Positions 8,441 to 17,699 of a DNA stretch of 25,166 nucleotides are shown here, piece by piece (position 1 is the first letter of the stretch; every line of letters begins with the position of its first letter). The notes beneath the pieces are model-generated. The model did not search any database. It saw nothing but the letters and a program-made list of their open reading frames with translations, and was not told where the DNA came from. The translations under genes and the position numbers were made by a program. The DNA lies in contig DAOVET010000035.1 of assembly GCA_030668825.1 (NCBI GenBank), forward strand, positions 1-25,166. Direction: 5' to 3'. Origin of the DNA: Candidatus Heimdallarchaeota archaeon (lineage in GTDB: Archaea > Asgardarchaeota > Heimdallarchaeia > Heimdallarchaeales > Heimdallarchaeaceae).

Positions 8441-9403
8441 CTAAAATTTCCATGGATCGCGAACATAAACAGGTGCTGATGCTGCTCCTCTTTTTACGAT
8501 TACGTTAGCTAATTCTAAAGAGTCTACTATTTCTCGGAATCGATTTCGTAATGTAACTGGAGTTGTTTTTGCTACTTTAGCGACTTGTTGTTGAGTTCTT
8601 CTTTCACCAGTTCTGATTCCCGCGATATATATTGCGGCGGCGGCGACACTTAACGGATTCTTACCCATATCAAGTCTTCTTGATTTGCTCTCTTCTAGAA
8701 TTTTCAAAGCTTCATTCTGTGTAGCAGTTGTTAATTCAAGTTCATTACATAACTTAGTGAGTAAAACTGCAGGATCAATAGGTGTTGGTTTAATGTGTAA
8801 TTCCTGAACATATAATCTGAAACATCGAGCGATAACTTTCTTGTCTGCTCTGACATGTTTTTCAATATCTTTAAGTGTGGTCGGATTGTTATATTGACGA
8901 GCTGCAATGTATATTGCGGCAGCAACCATAGATTCAATGCTTCTTCCACGAATTAAATCCGCTTTCAAAGCTTTTCTATAAGTAGTAGCTGATGCTTCTG
9001 CTATCTCATCACTTAACTCAAGTTGACTTACTATTCTTTTCAGCTCTCTCAAAGCAATTCTCAGGTTTCGGATTTGGGATCGAGAATCTCTTCTATTAAG
9101 CCATCTCAATCTTCTCATCTTTGCCACAACATTTGGATCTAGTTTCTTACCAAAGATATCCATGTTACCAAAACTAATTTGAGATGAAACACCATAATCA
9201 GATTTTAGGGGTGATATTGGTGAACCAGTTCTACTCCGAGCAGCTTTTTCTTCTCCTGTAAATGCTCTCCATTCAGGAGTTGTATCAATTAATTTAGAAA
9301 CCACTAACCCACAATTACTGCAAATAGACTCACCACGAGTGTAGTCATCAATAATTTCCTCGGAGTTACAATTTGGGCAGCGCTCTTCACTCATTCCAGA
9401 CAC
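8441..9403 (-). CDS. tfb: Transcription initiation factor IIB (TFB); start GTG 9403 or ATG 9394
   Basis: Zn ribbon CPNC..CSNC, B-reader PEWRAF..RSRTGSP, and two cyclin repeats (LIRGRSIE..AAAIYIAAR; GKNPLSVAAAAIYIA; RTQQQVAKVAKTTPVTLRNRFREI). Confidence 0.97.
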   Translation of the reverse strand: MSGMSEERCPNCNSEEIIDDYTRGESICSNCGLVVSKLIDTTPEWRAFTGEEKAARSRTGSPISPLKSDYGVSSQISFGNMDIFGKKLDPNVVAKMRRLRWLNRRDSRSQIRNLRIALRELKRIVSQLELSDEIAEASATTYRKALKADLIRGRSIESMVAAAIYIAARQYNNPTTLKDIEKHVRADKKVIARCFRLYVQELHIKPTPIDPAVLLTKLCNELELTTATQNEALKILEESKSRRLDMGKNPLSVAAAAIYIAGIRTGERRTQQQVAKVAKTTPVTLRNRFREIVDSLELANVIVKRGAASAPVYVRDPWKF

Positions 9404-9427
9404 TCTAATTAAACATGCACATGAGAT

Positions 9428-9437
9428 TATATAAAGC
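9428..9437 (-). promoter_or_regulatory. TATA box of tfb
   Basis: Minus strand CTTTATATAA, about 25-34 nt upstream of 9403. Confidence 0.55.
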
Positions 9438-9622
9438 TAACTAAACAAAGGACGATAGAAGGCCCCTAACACCATAATTCAAATATGTGATGGGTGTTTG
9501 ATTAAATATCGGATTATCTGTTTAAATAGTCAAAGCATAATTCATATAGCTGTTTGTTGTATATTAAAACGAATGTACGATCCACAGAAAGACATTTTAA
9601 TAACAGTGAGACTGATTTCAAG

Positions 9623-11518
9623 ATGACAGTTTATTTGTCTGCACATTATAATCTGTCTTGCTTTAGGGGTGTAGTTACCAAAGATCACGCTGACAGATAT
9701 CAACAGATTATAGATTGGTTCGCAAGAGAACCACAGTTTAAAGGAACCATTTCCTTCAATACTCTTTTTCTCCAATCAATAATCTGGGAGAATGAATCTA
9801 TTGTAAAAGATATTTCCAAACTGTGTCTAGCAGAACAATTAGAGCTGTCAGCATCAATGTTTTCGAATTATGTTCCTTTTTCGTTAGATTTCGAAAATGA
9901 GATTCTTGAACACCAAATCAAATATGCGTCTAAAGAACTAAAAGACACTTATCCTGATAAGTATATTAAGGGGTTTTATCCACCCTTCAGTGTTTTTGAT
10001 GATCGAAATGTTGGTCACCTTGTTGACGAATCGTACAAGTATATAATAGTAGACTGGAGCATTTTAGATCGAACAATTAATGAAAAACCTATTGGAAGAA
10101 TAGATCCTAGTTTCTCCAGAGTCTTTAAACTGAAAGATAAAGACATTTATGTTCTTCCATCATATAATTTAAGAAGTGTTTATAGACTATATCCTGAATT
10201 TTATAAACAATACCTCAGTTCAGGTATTATTGACAGAGTATCAGAAGCTATCAGAAATGGAGATGAAATATCGGAGAAAGAAGGGATAGATTTATTCGGC
10301 ATATTAACTATTGATCTTAATGATTTAAAATTTCCAACCTTTAGATCTGATTTTGACTTTGATAGCTATTTCATTGAAAGTAAAAAATTACTTGATCAAC
10401 CTGTAAATTATGTTAGACCATCGGAAATCATAGAAAAATTCGATATCAAAGAAATCGATTTGAAGTATTCATTGCCTTATGAGATGATATTATCTTCTGA
10501 ATCTATACCGCTTATAGAAATATCTCCATGTTGTGAAAAACTAATTGAAATAGTAAAAGTGAATTTAAATAGAATCAAAAGGATAGAAAAAGCTGCAAGT
10601 TCGGTTGAAAGTGATCAAAAGAGTGCATTAGAAAATCTGATTAAGAATTCTTGGAATTATCTTCTAACAAATTTACATAATACCTACTTTTCACAATTTA
10701 ATGAACCAATTAAAGGAGTAGATGTTCTTGACTTTAGGAATATATGGAATAGCATTAATCATATTAACTTAGCAGAATTTATAGCAAACTCTTACAAAAC
10801 AGACAAAGTAACCAAAAAAGGCTTTGATATAATTGACCCAATTTGTGGAGATATGGTTTATTTCAATAACAAATTTCTCTGCAGTTTTCTACATAGGGGG
10901 GGTGTAATTAACAATCTAGTTAATCTCGAAAACGGAGAGTTTATAGCTTCTTCTCCATCGCCTAGCTTGATTGTAAACTCTGTAACCCAAGAACCCAATT
11001 TTGGTTTAATGTTTGATATAGTTTCTAAGAAGTACAGTGGCCAATATAATCTATTCAACGAAGGTTATGTAGCTAGTAGAAAAGATTTGACTGATGGAGT
11101 TGAAATCACTTTAAGTGTTTATGCAACGAGTGACATAGTTCTGAAGAAAATTTTTACAATCATAAACGATTCTAACAAAATTGACATTAAATACAGTTTT
11201 CAAAATAGAGGGATAGGCAAAGAAGAATTCATTCTTTATAGTCTCTCTAAATTTAATATGGGAGATTATATAGCACCAATATTTTCACAAGAGAATCTCG
11301 TCCTAGAAAACATATCAAGTTCAAAAGATTTTGTAATTCTGGAGTTAAATAATGAAAAAACAAACTCAAAGGTAAAAATAACTCTACCTGAAGAGATTAG
11401 ATATGATAGTAAGAAGCGTTTTCGTAATTTAGAATTAACTCTGAGAATGAAAGTACCAATCTTAGAATTACATGAGACAAAAAATTTTGTTTTTAACATA
11501 GAGATTGAGAAAAAATAG
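9623..11518 (+). CDS. GH57-like (amylase/4-alpha-glucanotransferase fold) protein, divergent, with C-terminal beta-sandwich
   Basis: The order and spacing of GH57 conserved regions are recognisable: LSAHYNL, QLELSASMF, IKGFYPPFSVFD, YKYIIVD, LTIDLND. The C-terminal part is beta-rich (HRGGVINNL...KKIFTI..IDIKYSFQN). ATG at 9623 preferred over TTG at 9554. Confidence 0.6.
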   Translation: MTVYLSAHYNLSCFRGVVTKDHADRYQQIIDWFAREPQFKGTISFNTLFLQSIIWENESIVKDISKLCLAEQLELSASMFSNYVPFSLDFENEILEHQIKYASKELKDTYPDKYIKGFYPPFSVFDDRNVGHLVDESYKYIIVDWSILDRTINEKPIGRIDPSFSRVFKLKDKDIYVLPSYNLRSVYRLYPEFYKQYLSSGIIDRVSEAIRNGDEISEKEGIDLFGILTIDLNDLKFPTFRSDFDFDSYFIESKKLLDQPVNYVRPSEIIEKFDIKEIDLKYSLPYEMILSSESIPLIEISPCCEKLIEIVKVNLNRIKRIEKAASSVESDQKSALENLIKNSWNYLLTNLHNTYFSQFNEPIKGVDVLDFRNIWNSINHINLAEFIANSYKTDKVTKKGFDIIDPICGDMVYFNNKFLCSFLHRGGVINNLVNLENGEFIASSPSPSLIVNSVTQEPNFGLMFDIVSKKYSGQYNLFNEGYVASRKDLTDGVEITLSVYATSDIVLKKIFTIINDSNKIDIKYSFQNRGIGKEEFILYSLSKFNMGDYIAPIFSQENLVLENISSSKDFVILELNNEKTNSKVKITLPEEIRYDSKKRFRNLELTLRMKVPILELHETKNFVFNIEIEKK

Positions 11519-11539
11519 AATAATGAGAAAGTAAGGATT

Positions 11540-13426
11540 TTACTTTCGATTTGTTTTATTCTTTTTGTTAATCGCGTAACCTGTTACTAGGAGAGAAAAT
11601 AGAATTGATAAAGTTGCATAAGGAGATGTTGATGTTGGTGTCTCAACTTCAAGCACGACGTTAAATAGTATGGTTGAATTAAACTGATTTCCAGCTTTAT
11701 CTTCCACCATCATAATTACAGTATAATTTCCATCTTCTACATAATTGTGGAACGCAAAATGATCATCAGTAACATTCTGAACTACACCATCGTCCCAAAA
11801 AATCCAGACTCTTTCTATTCCTGCATACGTATCAGAATAGTCAAAATAAACTTCAACATAACCATCAGTTATTGCTGTATCATTTGAAGTATGACTAGTG
11901 ATTTCCAATGTAGGATTTTCGAAGTCAAGATAGATAATTGTAGAAACTGTGGCATTTACTAATACAGGAGCATCATTAACTCTTGTAATGTTAATTGTAA
12001 CATATAATGTCGCGTTATATTCTCCTGTAACTTGGGGATAATAATGAACACTTGTATTTGTTTCAACATCCATAATATCAGTGATTGGTGTTCCATCATC
12101 AAAATCCATTTCAACACTATAAAGCGACCCTCGAGAAGTATCAATTTCGTAGTAAAAAGTCACATTATAGTCGTTTGTGTAGGTGTTATTCACAGGATAT
12201 AAACTAATCTCTGGAACTGAATCGTAGATGTACAACAATTTCATTGTTCCGCCTGTTTCATTGTAAAACGCACCATAATAGAGATTGTACGCTTCATAAT
12301 GCAAAATATTCCCTTTGGAGAATGAACCAATAGAAACAAAGTATTCTCTTATTGTATCAGTGTGCCCATCTTCGTTTTCTACTGTATAATTTCGATTAAG
12401 TGTTGCTTCGACTTCAGTAAACGGAATTATTTCTGTATCATTATCTAGACCTTGTGTTACAAAATATCTGATTCCATATTTTTCTACATCTGTTGAATTG
12501 TGAGTAGTAATATTAAACTCTAAGTCATCTAAATCGGTTATTTTTCCTTCTTGTAATGGATTTGATTCAAAGTAAAATCCATTGTAAATCATATACACAT
12601 TTAGCTGAGTTCTGACTTCATTTATACCGCCCCAAGTATCCCAACCATATGAATTGTTCGCGCTGAAGAAAATCGTTCTATCCGTAAATTCTAACGTTGT
12701 GTTGAAAATAACAGAAGTTGTAGTTATATTTCCTTCTTGCCAATCCATTTCAATAAATGATACATCACCATTAAATGTGCCTAAAGCGACATCAGTAATC
12801 GGATCTCTGTACTTCGACAATGCTAAAGTCACTGTATCATTTTCTGTTCCACCATAGATTTCGTAGCGGATCGCTATTGTATTATTTGTTTGATTAGAAG
12901 GAGTATAGTAGATGAAATTGTTTTGTGTCACAGTTGCATTATCAATACTATGAAAAGCAGGAGGTGTCCCTTCTTCTGTAACATAGAGATAGTGCCATGG
13001 TCCTAAATGATTAAAATTTTCTAATACTTCATAGGTTCCATTAGTGATATCACCAATCCAAGCATAACCCTTGAATGAGGTTAAACCAGTTAAACTGAAA
13101 TTTCCGTTATAATATGAACGGTCAACTAGAGAGTAGGAGAAATTTAATGCTAAGCTGGTTTCGGGGGTTAGACTCAGGTTTGAACCAGAACCTACTATTA
13201 ATATTCCACTGATACCTACGAAACGGTCTACGGAATACTCAACTGTTATAAAAGTGAGATTTGGGAAATTGATTCCTTGAAAATCTTCGAGCCCTTCAGC
13301 TACTAGGCTTTCTAAAATCGGTTCTGTAGGACTAGCAGCATGCATTTTCGGATCGAATGATCCAAGTCCCAATGAAAGTGTTATCAGTATTATAACTACA
13401 AAGGTATATGTCTTTTTAATGTTCAT
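11540..13426 (-). CDS. Secreted/cell-surface glycoprotein with PKD/Ig-like domains and C-terminal membrane anchor
   Basis: Signal peptide MNIKKTYTFVVIILITL and many N-x-S/T sequons. PKD-like segments DFDDGT..HYY..GEYNATL and WDDG..HNYVEDGNYTV..VEDKAGN. Ends with a Thr/Ser/Pro linker, TM helix and basic tail. Confidence 0.8.
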   Translation of the reverse strand: MNIKKTYTFVVIILITLSLGLGSFDPKMHAASPTEPILESLVAEGLEDFQGINFPNLTFITVEYSVDRFVGISGILIVGSGSNLSLTPETSLALNFSYSLVDRSYYNGNFSLTGLTSFKGYAWIGDITNGTYEVLENFNHLGPWHYLYVTEEGTPPAFHSIDNATVTQNNFIYYTPSNQTNNTIAIRYEIYGGTENDTVTLALSKYRDPITDVALGTFNGDVSFIEMDWQEGNITTTSVIFNTTLEFTDRTIFFSANNSYGWDTWGGINEVRTQLNVYMIYNGFYFESNPLQEGKITDLDDLEFNITTHNSTDVEKYGIRYFVTQGLDNDTEIIPFTEVEATLNRNYTVENEDGHTDTIREYFVSIGSFSKGNILHYEAYNLYYGAFYNETGGTMKLLYIYDSVPEISLYPVNNTYTNDYNVTFYYEIDTSRGSLYSVEMDFDDGTPITDIMDVETNTSVHYYPQVTGEYNATLYVTINITRVNDAPVLVNATVSTIIYLDFENPTLEITSHTSNDTAITDGYVEVYFDYSDTYAGIERVWIFWDDGVVQNVTDDHFAFHNYVEDGNYTVIMMVEDKAGNQFNSTILFNVVLEVETPTSTSPYATLSILFSLLVTGYAINKKNKTNRK

Positions 13427-13513
13427 ATCTCTTCACTTCAGCCTTGCTTGGTTGTGGTATTTAAAAGCTATTTTTATGCTTTATGTATTATGTTTTTTGT
13501 TTTAGAGTCCTTT

Positions 13514-14071
13514 TCATTCATTCTGGTATGTAAATGGATCAAAGACAACAAATGAAACTGAGCACCCAAAATTATTAGTGATTTCCAAAGATGAACTTAT
13601 AGTTTTAAAGCCAGATAAACCCCAAGAAGAATCAATTTTTGCTCTTCTTTCTTGAATCATTGATTTCACACCCTCTATAGCCATAGTTTCAGTTTTATCT
13701 AAAGTCTCACCTTTGCTTTCAAAAGCTAACATACATGGGATTTGTTCCTCTTTGATTTCTACAAAGACTTTTGCTAAAGCAATGCATGTTGCATGTTTTT
13801 GCCCAACAGACCCTCTAGAGAGAGATTTAACAACATGAATATTTGTACTAAATGGAATCATTATTCGTTTATCATCAACGTCTATGAATGTAATTCCCTT
13901 CGCTCTATCTATTTCAAGTATTATCTCTATAACAGGAGGAATAGAGGACACAGTAATATGGTTTTGATAACCTAATCCTGAATTCATGAGTGCTTTGTCA
14001 ATTGCATCTAGTTCAGATGTATCAGATTCACCTATACCGGATGTAAGCCAGAATCTCGTAGGGTTGTTCAT
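13514..14071 (-). CDS. pdaD: Pyruvoyl-dependent arginine decarboxylase-like protein
   Basis: P..F.LTSGIGE...L.A.D.AL...G....N...VSSIPP, with the Ser-Ser autocleavage site. Size 185 aa. Confidence 0.8.
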   Translation of the reverse strand: MNNPTRFWLTSGIGESDTSELDAIDKALMNSGLGYQNHITVSSIPPVIEIILEIDRAKGITFIDVDDKRIMIPFSTNIHVVKSLSRGSVGQKHATCIALAKVFVEIKEEQIPCMLAFESKGETLDKTETMAIEGVKSMIQERRAKIDSSWGLSGFKTISSSLEITNNFGCSVSFVVFDPFTYQNE

Positions 14072-14096
14072 TTTTCAATGAAAAAGTCTTTGCGGA

Positions 14097-14106
14097 TTAT
14101 ATATAA
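14097..14106. promoter_or_regulatory. Palindromic TATA element (TTATATATAA) in the pdaD/glnA divergent intergenic region
   Basis: Located 26-35 nt upstream of the pdaD ATG on the minus strand. Confidence 0.5.
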
Positions 14107-14217
14107 TTGTCGAACAAGCATACATTATACAGAAATCTACCGAATAAATACTTTCACAAAAACATATATATTAATCTGGATTTTTCTTTTTTACAGCCAA
14201 ATGGTATGATATATCTC

Positions 14218-15513
14218 ATGGATGAACTGGAAGAGTTTTTCAGAAAAAATAACATTGAGTTTATTCAATTTCAATTTACAACTATATTTGGAGATTTAAA
14301 GTCAGTCGAATTTCCTTCAAATATCTGGGAGGAAATGAAAGATGGAACCGGAGTGGATGGATCTTCCTTAGGATTCTTAAAAACTGAACAGAGCGACATG
14401 AAGATAGTTCCTGATCTATCAACTTTAGCTGTTTTTCCCTGGGAACCAAGAATGGCAAGATTCATTTGTGATGTTTATGGGAATGATGGAAACCCCCATC
14501 CAACTGATCCTCGGAGTATTTTGAAAAAAGTAATTAAACATGCTAATAGTTTAGGGTATGAATTCAAGACACGACCTGAACTTGAATGGTACTTCTTAGA
14601 CTTAGATTTTGAACCATATGAATCTGGTGGATACATGGATACTCTCCCTTATGATGAATTAGGGTATCTTCGACGAAATATTGCAAGCGATATGCAAAAA
14701 ATGGGTATTGCAGTTAAAACAATTCACCATGAAGTTGGTAATGGTCAACAAGAGATTGAATTCGCTGCTTTAGAGGTGTTAAAGCAGGCAGATGACACAC
14801 AAACTGCGAAAATGATTGTCAAAGCAGATTCTCTTTTTAATGAAATTTTTAGTACTTTCATGCCAAAACCTTTTGCTGATCAAGCTGGAAGTGGAATGCA
14901 TGTTCATCAATATCTTACCAAAGATGGAAAGAATATCTTTGCAGATGAAGAAAAAGGCATCAGTGATACATTACGCTATTTTGTTGGAGGAATTTTGAAA
15001 CATGTAGATGCAATGACTGCACTCTTCAATCCAACAACAAATTCTTACAAAAGATTGGTTCCTGGTCATGAAGCTCCTGTTTACAAATCTTGGGGAGTTG
15101 CAAATAGAACAGCTTTGATTCGAGTTCCGGGATACGAAAAGAAAGCAAGAATCGAATTTCGTGCAACAGATGCTGCTTCAAACATCTATCTGGCTTCAGC
15201 TTTGCTTCTAGCTTCAGGTTTGGATGGGATCAAGGATATGATCGAACCAATTCCTTCTACAACTAAAAATGTTGAAACTTTATCTGTTGAGGAAAGGAAA
15301 AGTATGGGGATTGTTCAGTTACCTAGTAGTTTATCTGAAGCTCTGGACTTTTTGGAAAAAAGCTCTTTCGTAAAAGAAACCCTTGGTCAAGACATTCTCG
15401 ATATATTTCTAGCTGTTAAAAGAATGGAATGTAAGGAACATGCTAAAGCTAAAAATAAAGGCGAAGAAGAAGAATGGGAATGGGAGCATGAAACCTATCT
15501 TGACAGAACTTAA
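14218..15513 (+). CDS. glnA: Glutamine synthetase type I family (start 14218 or 14206; TTG 14107 unlikely)
   Basis: Motifs DGSS, PELEWY, HHEVGNGQQEI, TFMPKP..GSGMHVH, NSYKRLVPGHEAP, NRTALIRVP and RIEFR. Confidence 0.93.
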   Translation: MDELEEFFRKNNIEFIQFQFTTIFGDLKSVEFPSNIWEEMKDGTGVDGSSLGFLKTEQSDMKIVPDLSTLAVFPWEPRMARFICDVYGNDGNPHPTDPRSILKKVIKHANSLGYEFKTRPELEWYFLDLDFEPYESGGYMDTLPYDELGYLRRNIASDMQKMGIAVKTIHHEVGNGQQEIEFAALEVLKQADDTQTAKMIVKADSLFNEIFSTFMPKPFADQAGSGMHVHQYLTKDGKNIFADEEKGISDTLRYFVGGILKHVDAMTALFNPTTNSYKRLVPGHEAPVYKSWGVANRTALIRVPGYEKKARIEFRATDAASNIYLASALLLASGLDGIKDMIEPIPSTTKNVETLSVEERKSMGIVQLPSSLSEALDFLEKSSFVKETLGQDILDIFLAVKRMECKEHAKAKNKGEEEEWEWEHETYLDRT

Positions 15514-15620
15514 CTAAATGAGCTGTTCTTTATCCTATCTGCCAAATTGTTGTTTTTAATAAGGTAACTTTAATAAGTCATGTAATGCTAAATAGAAGTA
15601 ATTGGCCGGGGTAGATTCAA

Positions 15621-17687
15621 CTGAGTTATGAACGTGAAGATATTGTCGAATTAGACTTCCAAGAATTGGATCTTCCTGAAGTAACTCTATCAAAAACAAG
15701 AAAATCACAAATAATTTCACAACTCTATCTATATAGAGAAATTAACTTAAAATCGTTTTCTGAGCAGACTGGCGTTCCCATCGTAGCAATAAAAGACTAT
15801 ATACAGTTACTCATTCAAGCTCTTATTCTGAGGGGGTACTACAGAAAAAACAGATTTGTTCTAGTATCTGCATACAGATATCCAAGGGTGAATCCAGGAA
15901 AATTAAGCAATCTTAGAAGAAATTTGTTAGGAGTACTAGTAAGCAATCAAAAAATCGATATCCATTTTCTCCGCAAAATTTTGAACATTTCTTCTGATGA
16001 ACTAATATCACATCTTCTATTCCTCACTGTCAGAGGGTTATTCATTGGAAGTCTGAGAAATCAAGAGATATTAGTTCAAAAAACATGGATGCCTTTCGAG
16101 AAAGTAAAAATCAGTTCTGATGATACATTTATCATAGGAACATGTATGCTTTTGCGAGATGCAGATTTAAGCAAAGTAGCAAAACTAACAGGTTTCACTA
16201 GAGATGGAGTATTTAACACAATTGCTAAGCTTATGTTGTATAACAAATTGGAAGCTTCATTTGAAGTTTCTGGAGGAATTGTTGGTTCTAGTAAAATTTC
16301 CGTAAACGTTAAAAAGTACCTGATTGCTCCGCGCACTTTACCCATGGAAGCTCTTCAAGGTGATGAAAGATCTGTAGTTGGGTATACTATATTGAAGAAA
16401 GAAGTAGATATAGAGGAATTAGCAAAATACCTTGATAAAAAAGAAAAAGAAGTAGTCAAAATTATTGCCTTCTTAACTGCAAGGGGTACTTTTCAATTTA
16501 TATTTAATGAGAAAAACAAGATAGTACCAGTTATCATTCCTGATACACAACCAAATCAAACAATAGAAGAAATGGCTACTTTATCATTTTTCAATTACGA
16601 AGCGTTGTTTGGTTTATTATCAACTCAAGAGCGAATTCCTCTCAGGAAACTTGCTACTTTGATGAATAGAGAAGTTGACGAAGTCTTAGAAGGTGTAATG
16701 AATCTATACCTAGAGGGATTTGTTACTTGTACATTAAAGGGTGCCACAATTCATGTAGATAGCCTCAAAAGGTATAGCAGAACTCAAGAAGGAACACTTG
16801 AAAGATGGGAAAAAATTGTACTGGGCATGATAATTGCAAAAACATCTATCACTACTAAAGACATCGAAGACGCATTAGGAATTGACAAAAATCATGCTAA
16901 AGAAAGAATGTATGGATTTTATGGAAAGGGTTTAATCAAAGGCAATATCACGGGAAATAAACTTGAACCTGAAGAAATTCCTATATTTCCTCCTTTGGTT
17001 CAACTAGATGATCTTCCAATTCATTATCAGGAAATTTTTGGTTACATTATTTCAAACTCTAGAGTTTCATTTAAGAATATAATGAAATTCTGGGAAAAAA
17101 CACTTGTTGCATCAAAGAACATTGTTTACGAATTAACAGGTTCTGGTCTGATGAATATATCTTCACGTGGAAGTACTGTAACATTAGTTTCAAGCCAAAA
17201 ATTCCTACCAAATAAACAGTTGAACGAACTAGGTGAAATTTACACAAGAGTTGTAAATGAGATTGAAAAATCAAGAAGAAAAAGGATTAAGTTAACAACA
17301 ATTGCAAATTCTGTTAGAATGGAATCTTTAGATTTGTTCAAGATGTTATGCCAGCTACTCTCCCATGGGTATTATAAAGGAGTATTAACTTCAGCTTATT
17401 TTGAAAGAGTTGGCAAAATATTATTACCAGTGGGCAAAAATTATTGCCTTAATTGTGGGCATGTAATAAAATCTTCTACTGAACCATGCAGTAATTGTAT
17501 GCTGTTGCATCAAAAATGTATGGTTTGTCAAGGATTAATTAAGAAGGGTGATAAAGTGAAGGAATGCCCAACTTGTAACAATGTTGCTCATGATGATCAT
17601 TTGGAACAATGGATGAAGATAAAGCAAGAATGTCCGATATGTAAAACTAGAATTTCGAAAAGAAATCTAAAAAAATATTCAGTATAA
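15621..17687 (+). CDS. Protein with about 8 tandem winged-helix (PCI-like) repeats + Zn ribbon + RING-variant finger; start uncertain (CTG 15621 or TTG 15666)
   Basis: A unit of about 75 aa (h-G-hh...I.h..LA..h......h...h..L...G.h.G.h) repeats 8 times. C-terminus CLNC..CSNC, then CMVC..CPTC..HDDH..W..CPIC. Confidence 0.75.
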   Translation: MSYEREDIVELDFQELDLPEVTLSKTRKSQIISQLYLYREINLKSFSEQTGVPIVAIKDYIQLLIQALILRGYYRKNRFVLVSAYRYPRVNPGKLSNLRRNLLGVLVSNQKIDIHFLRKILNISSDELISHLLFLTVRGLFIGSLRNQEILVQKTWMPFEKVKISSDDTFIIGTCMLLRDADLSKVAKLTGFTRDGVFNTIAKLMLYNKLEASFEVSGGIVGSSKISVNVKKYLIAPRTLPMEALQGDERSVVGYTILKKEVDIEELAKYLDKKEKEVVKIIAFLTARGTFQFIFNEKNKIVPVIIPDTQPNQTIEEMATLSFFNYEALFGLLSTQERIPLRKLATLMNREVDEVLEGVMNLYLEGFVTCTLKGATIHVDSLKRYSRTQEGTLERWEKIVLGMIIAKTSITTKDIEDALGIDKNHAKERMYGFYGKGLIKGNITGNKLEPEEIPIFPPLVQLDDLPIHYQEIFGYIISNSRVSFKNIMKFWEKTLVASKNIVYELTGSGLMNISSRGSTVTLVSSQKFLPNKQLNELGEIYTRVVNEIEKSRRKRIKLTTIANSVRMESLDLFKMLCQLLSHGYYKGVLTSAYFERVGKILLPVGKNYCLNCGHVIKSSTEPCSNCMLLHQKCMVCQGLIKKGDKVKECPTCNNVAHDDHLEQWMKIKQECPICKTRISKRNLKKYSV

Positions 17688-17699
17688 TGGTAGATTTTG

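Noticed and set aside
9468-9498. Imperfect hairpin AACACC...GGTGTT in the tfb/GH57 intergenic region
   Set aside because: The stem is only 6-8 bp and there is no recognisable ncRNA or operator consensus.
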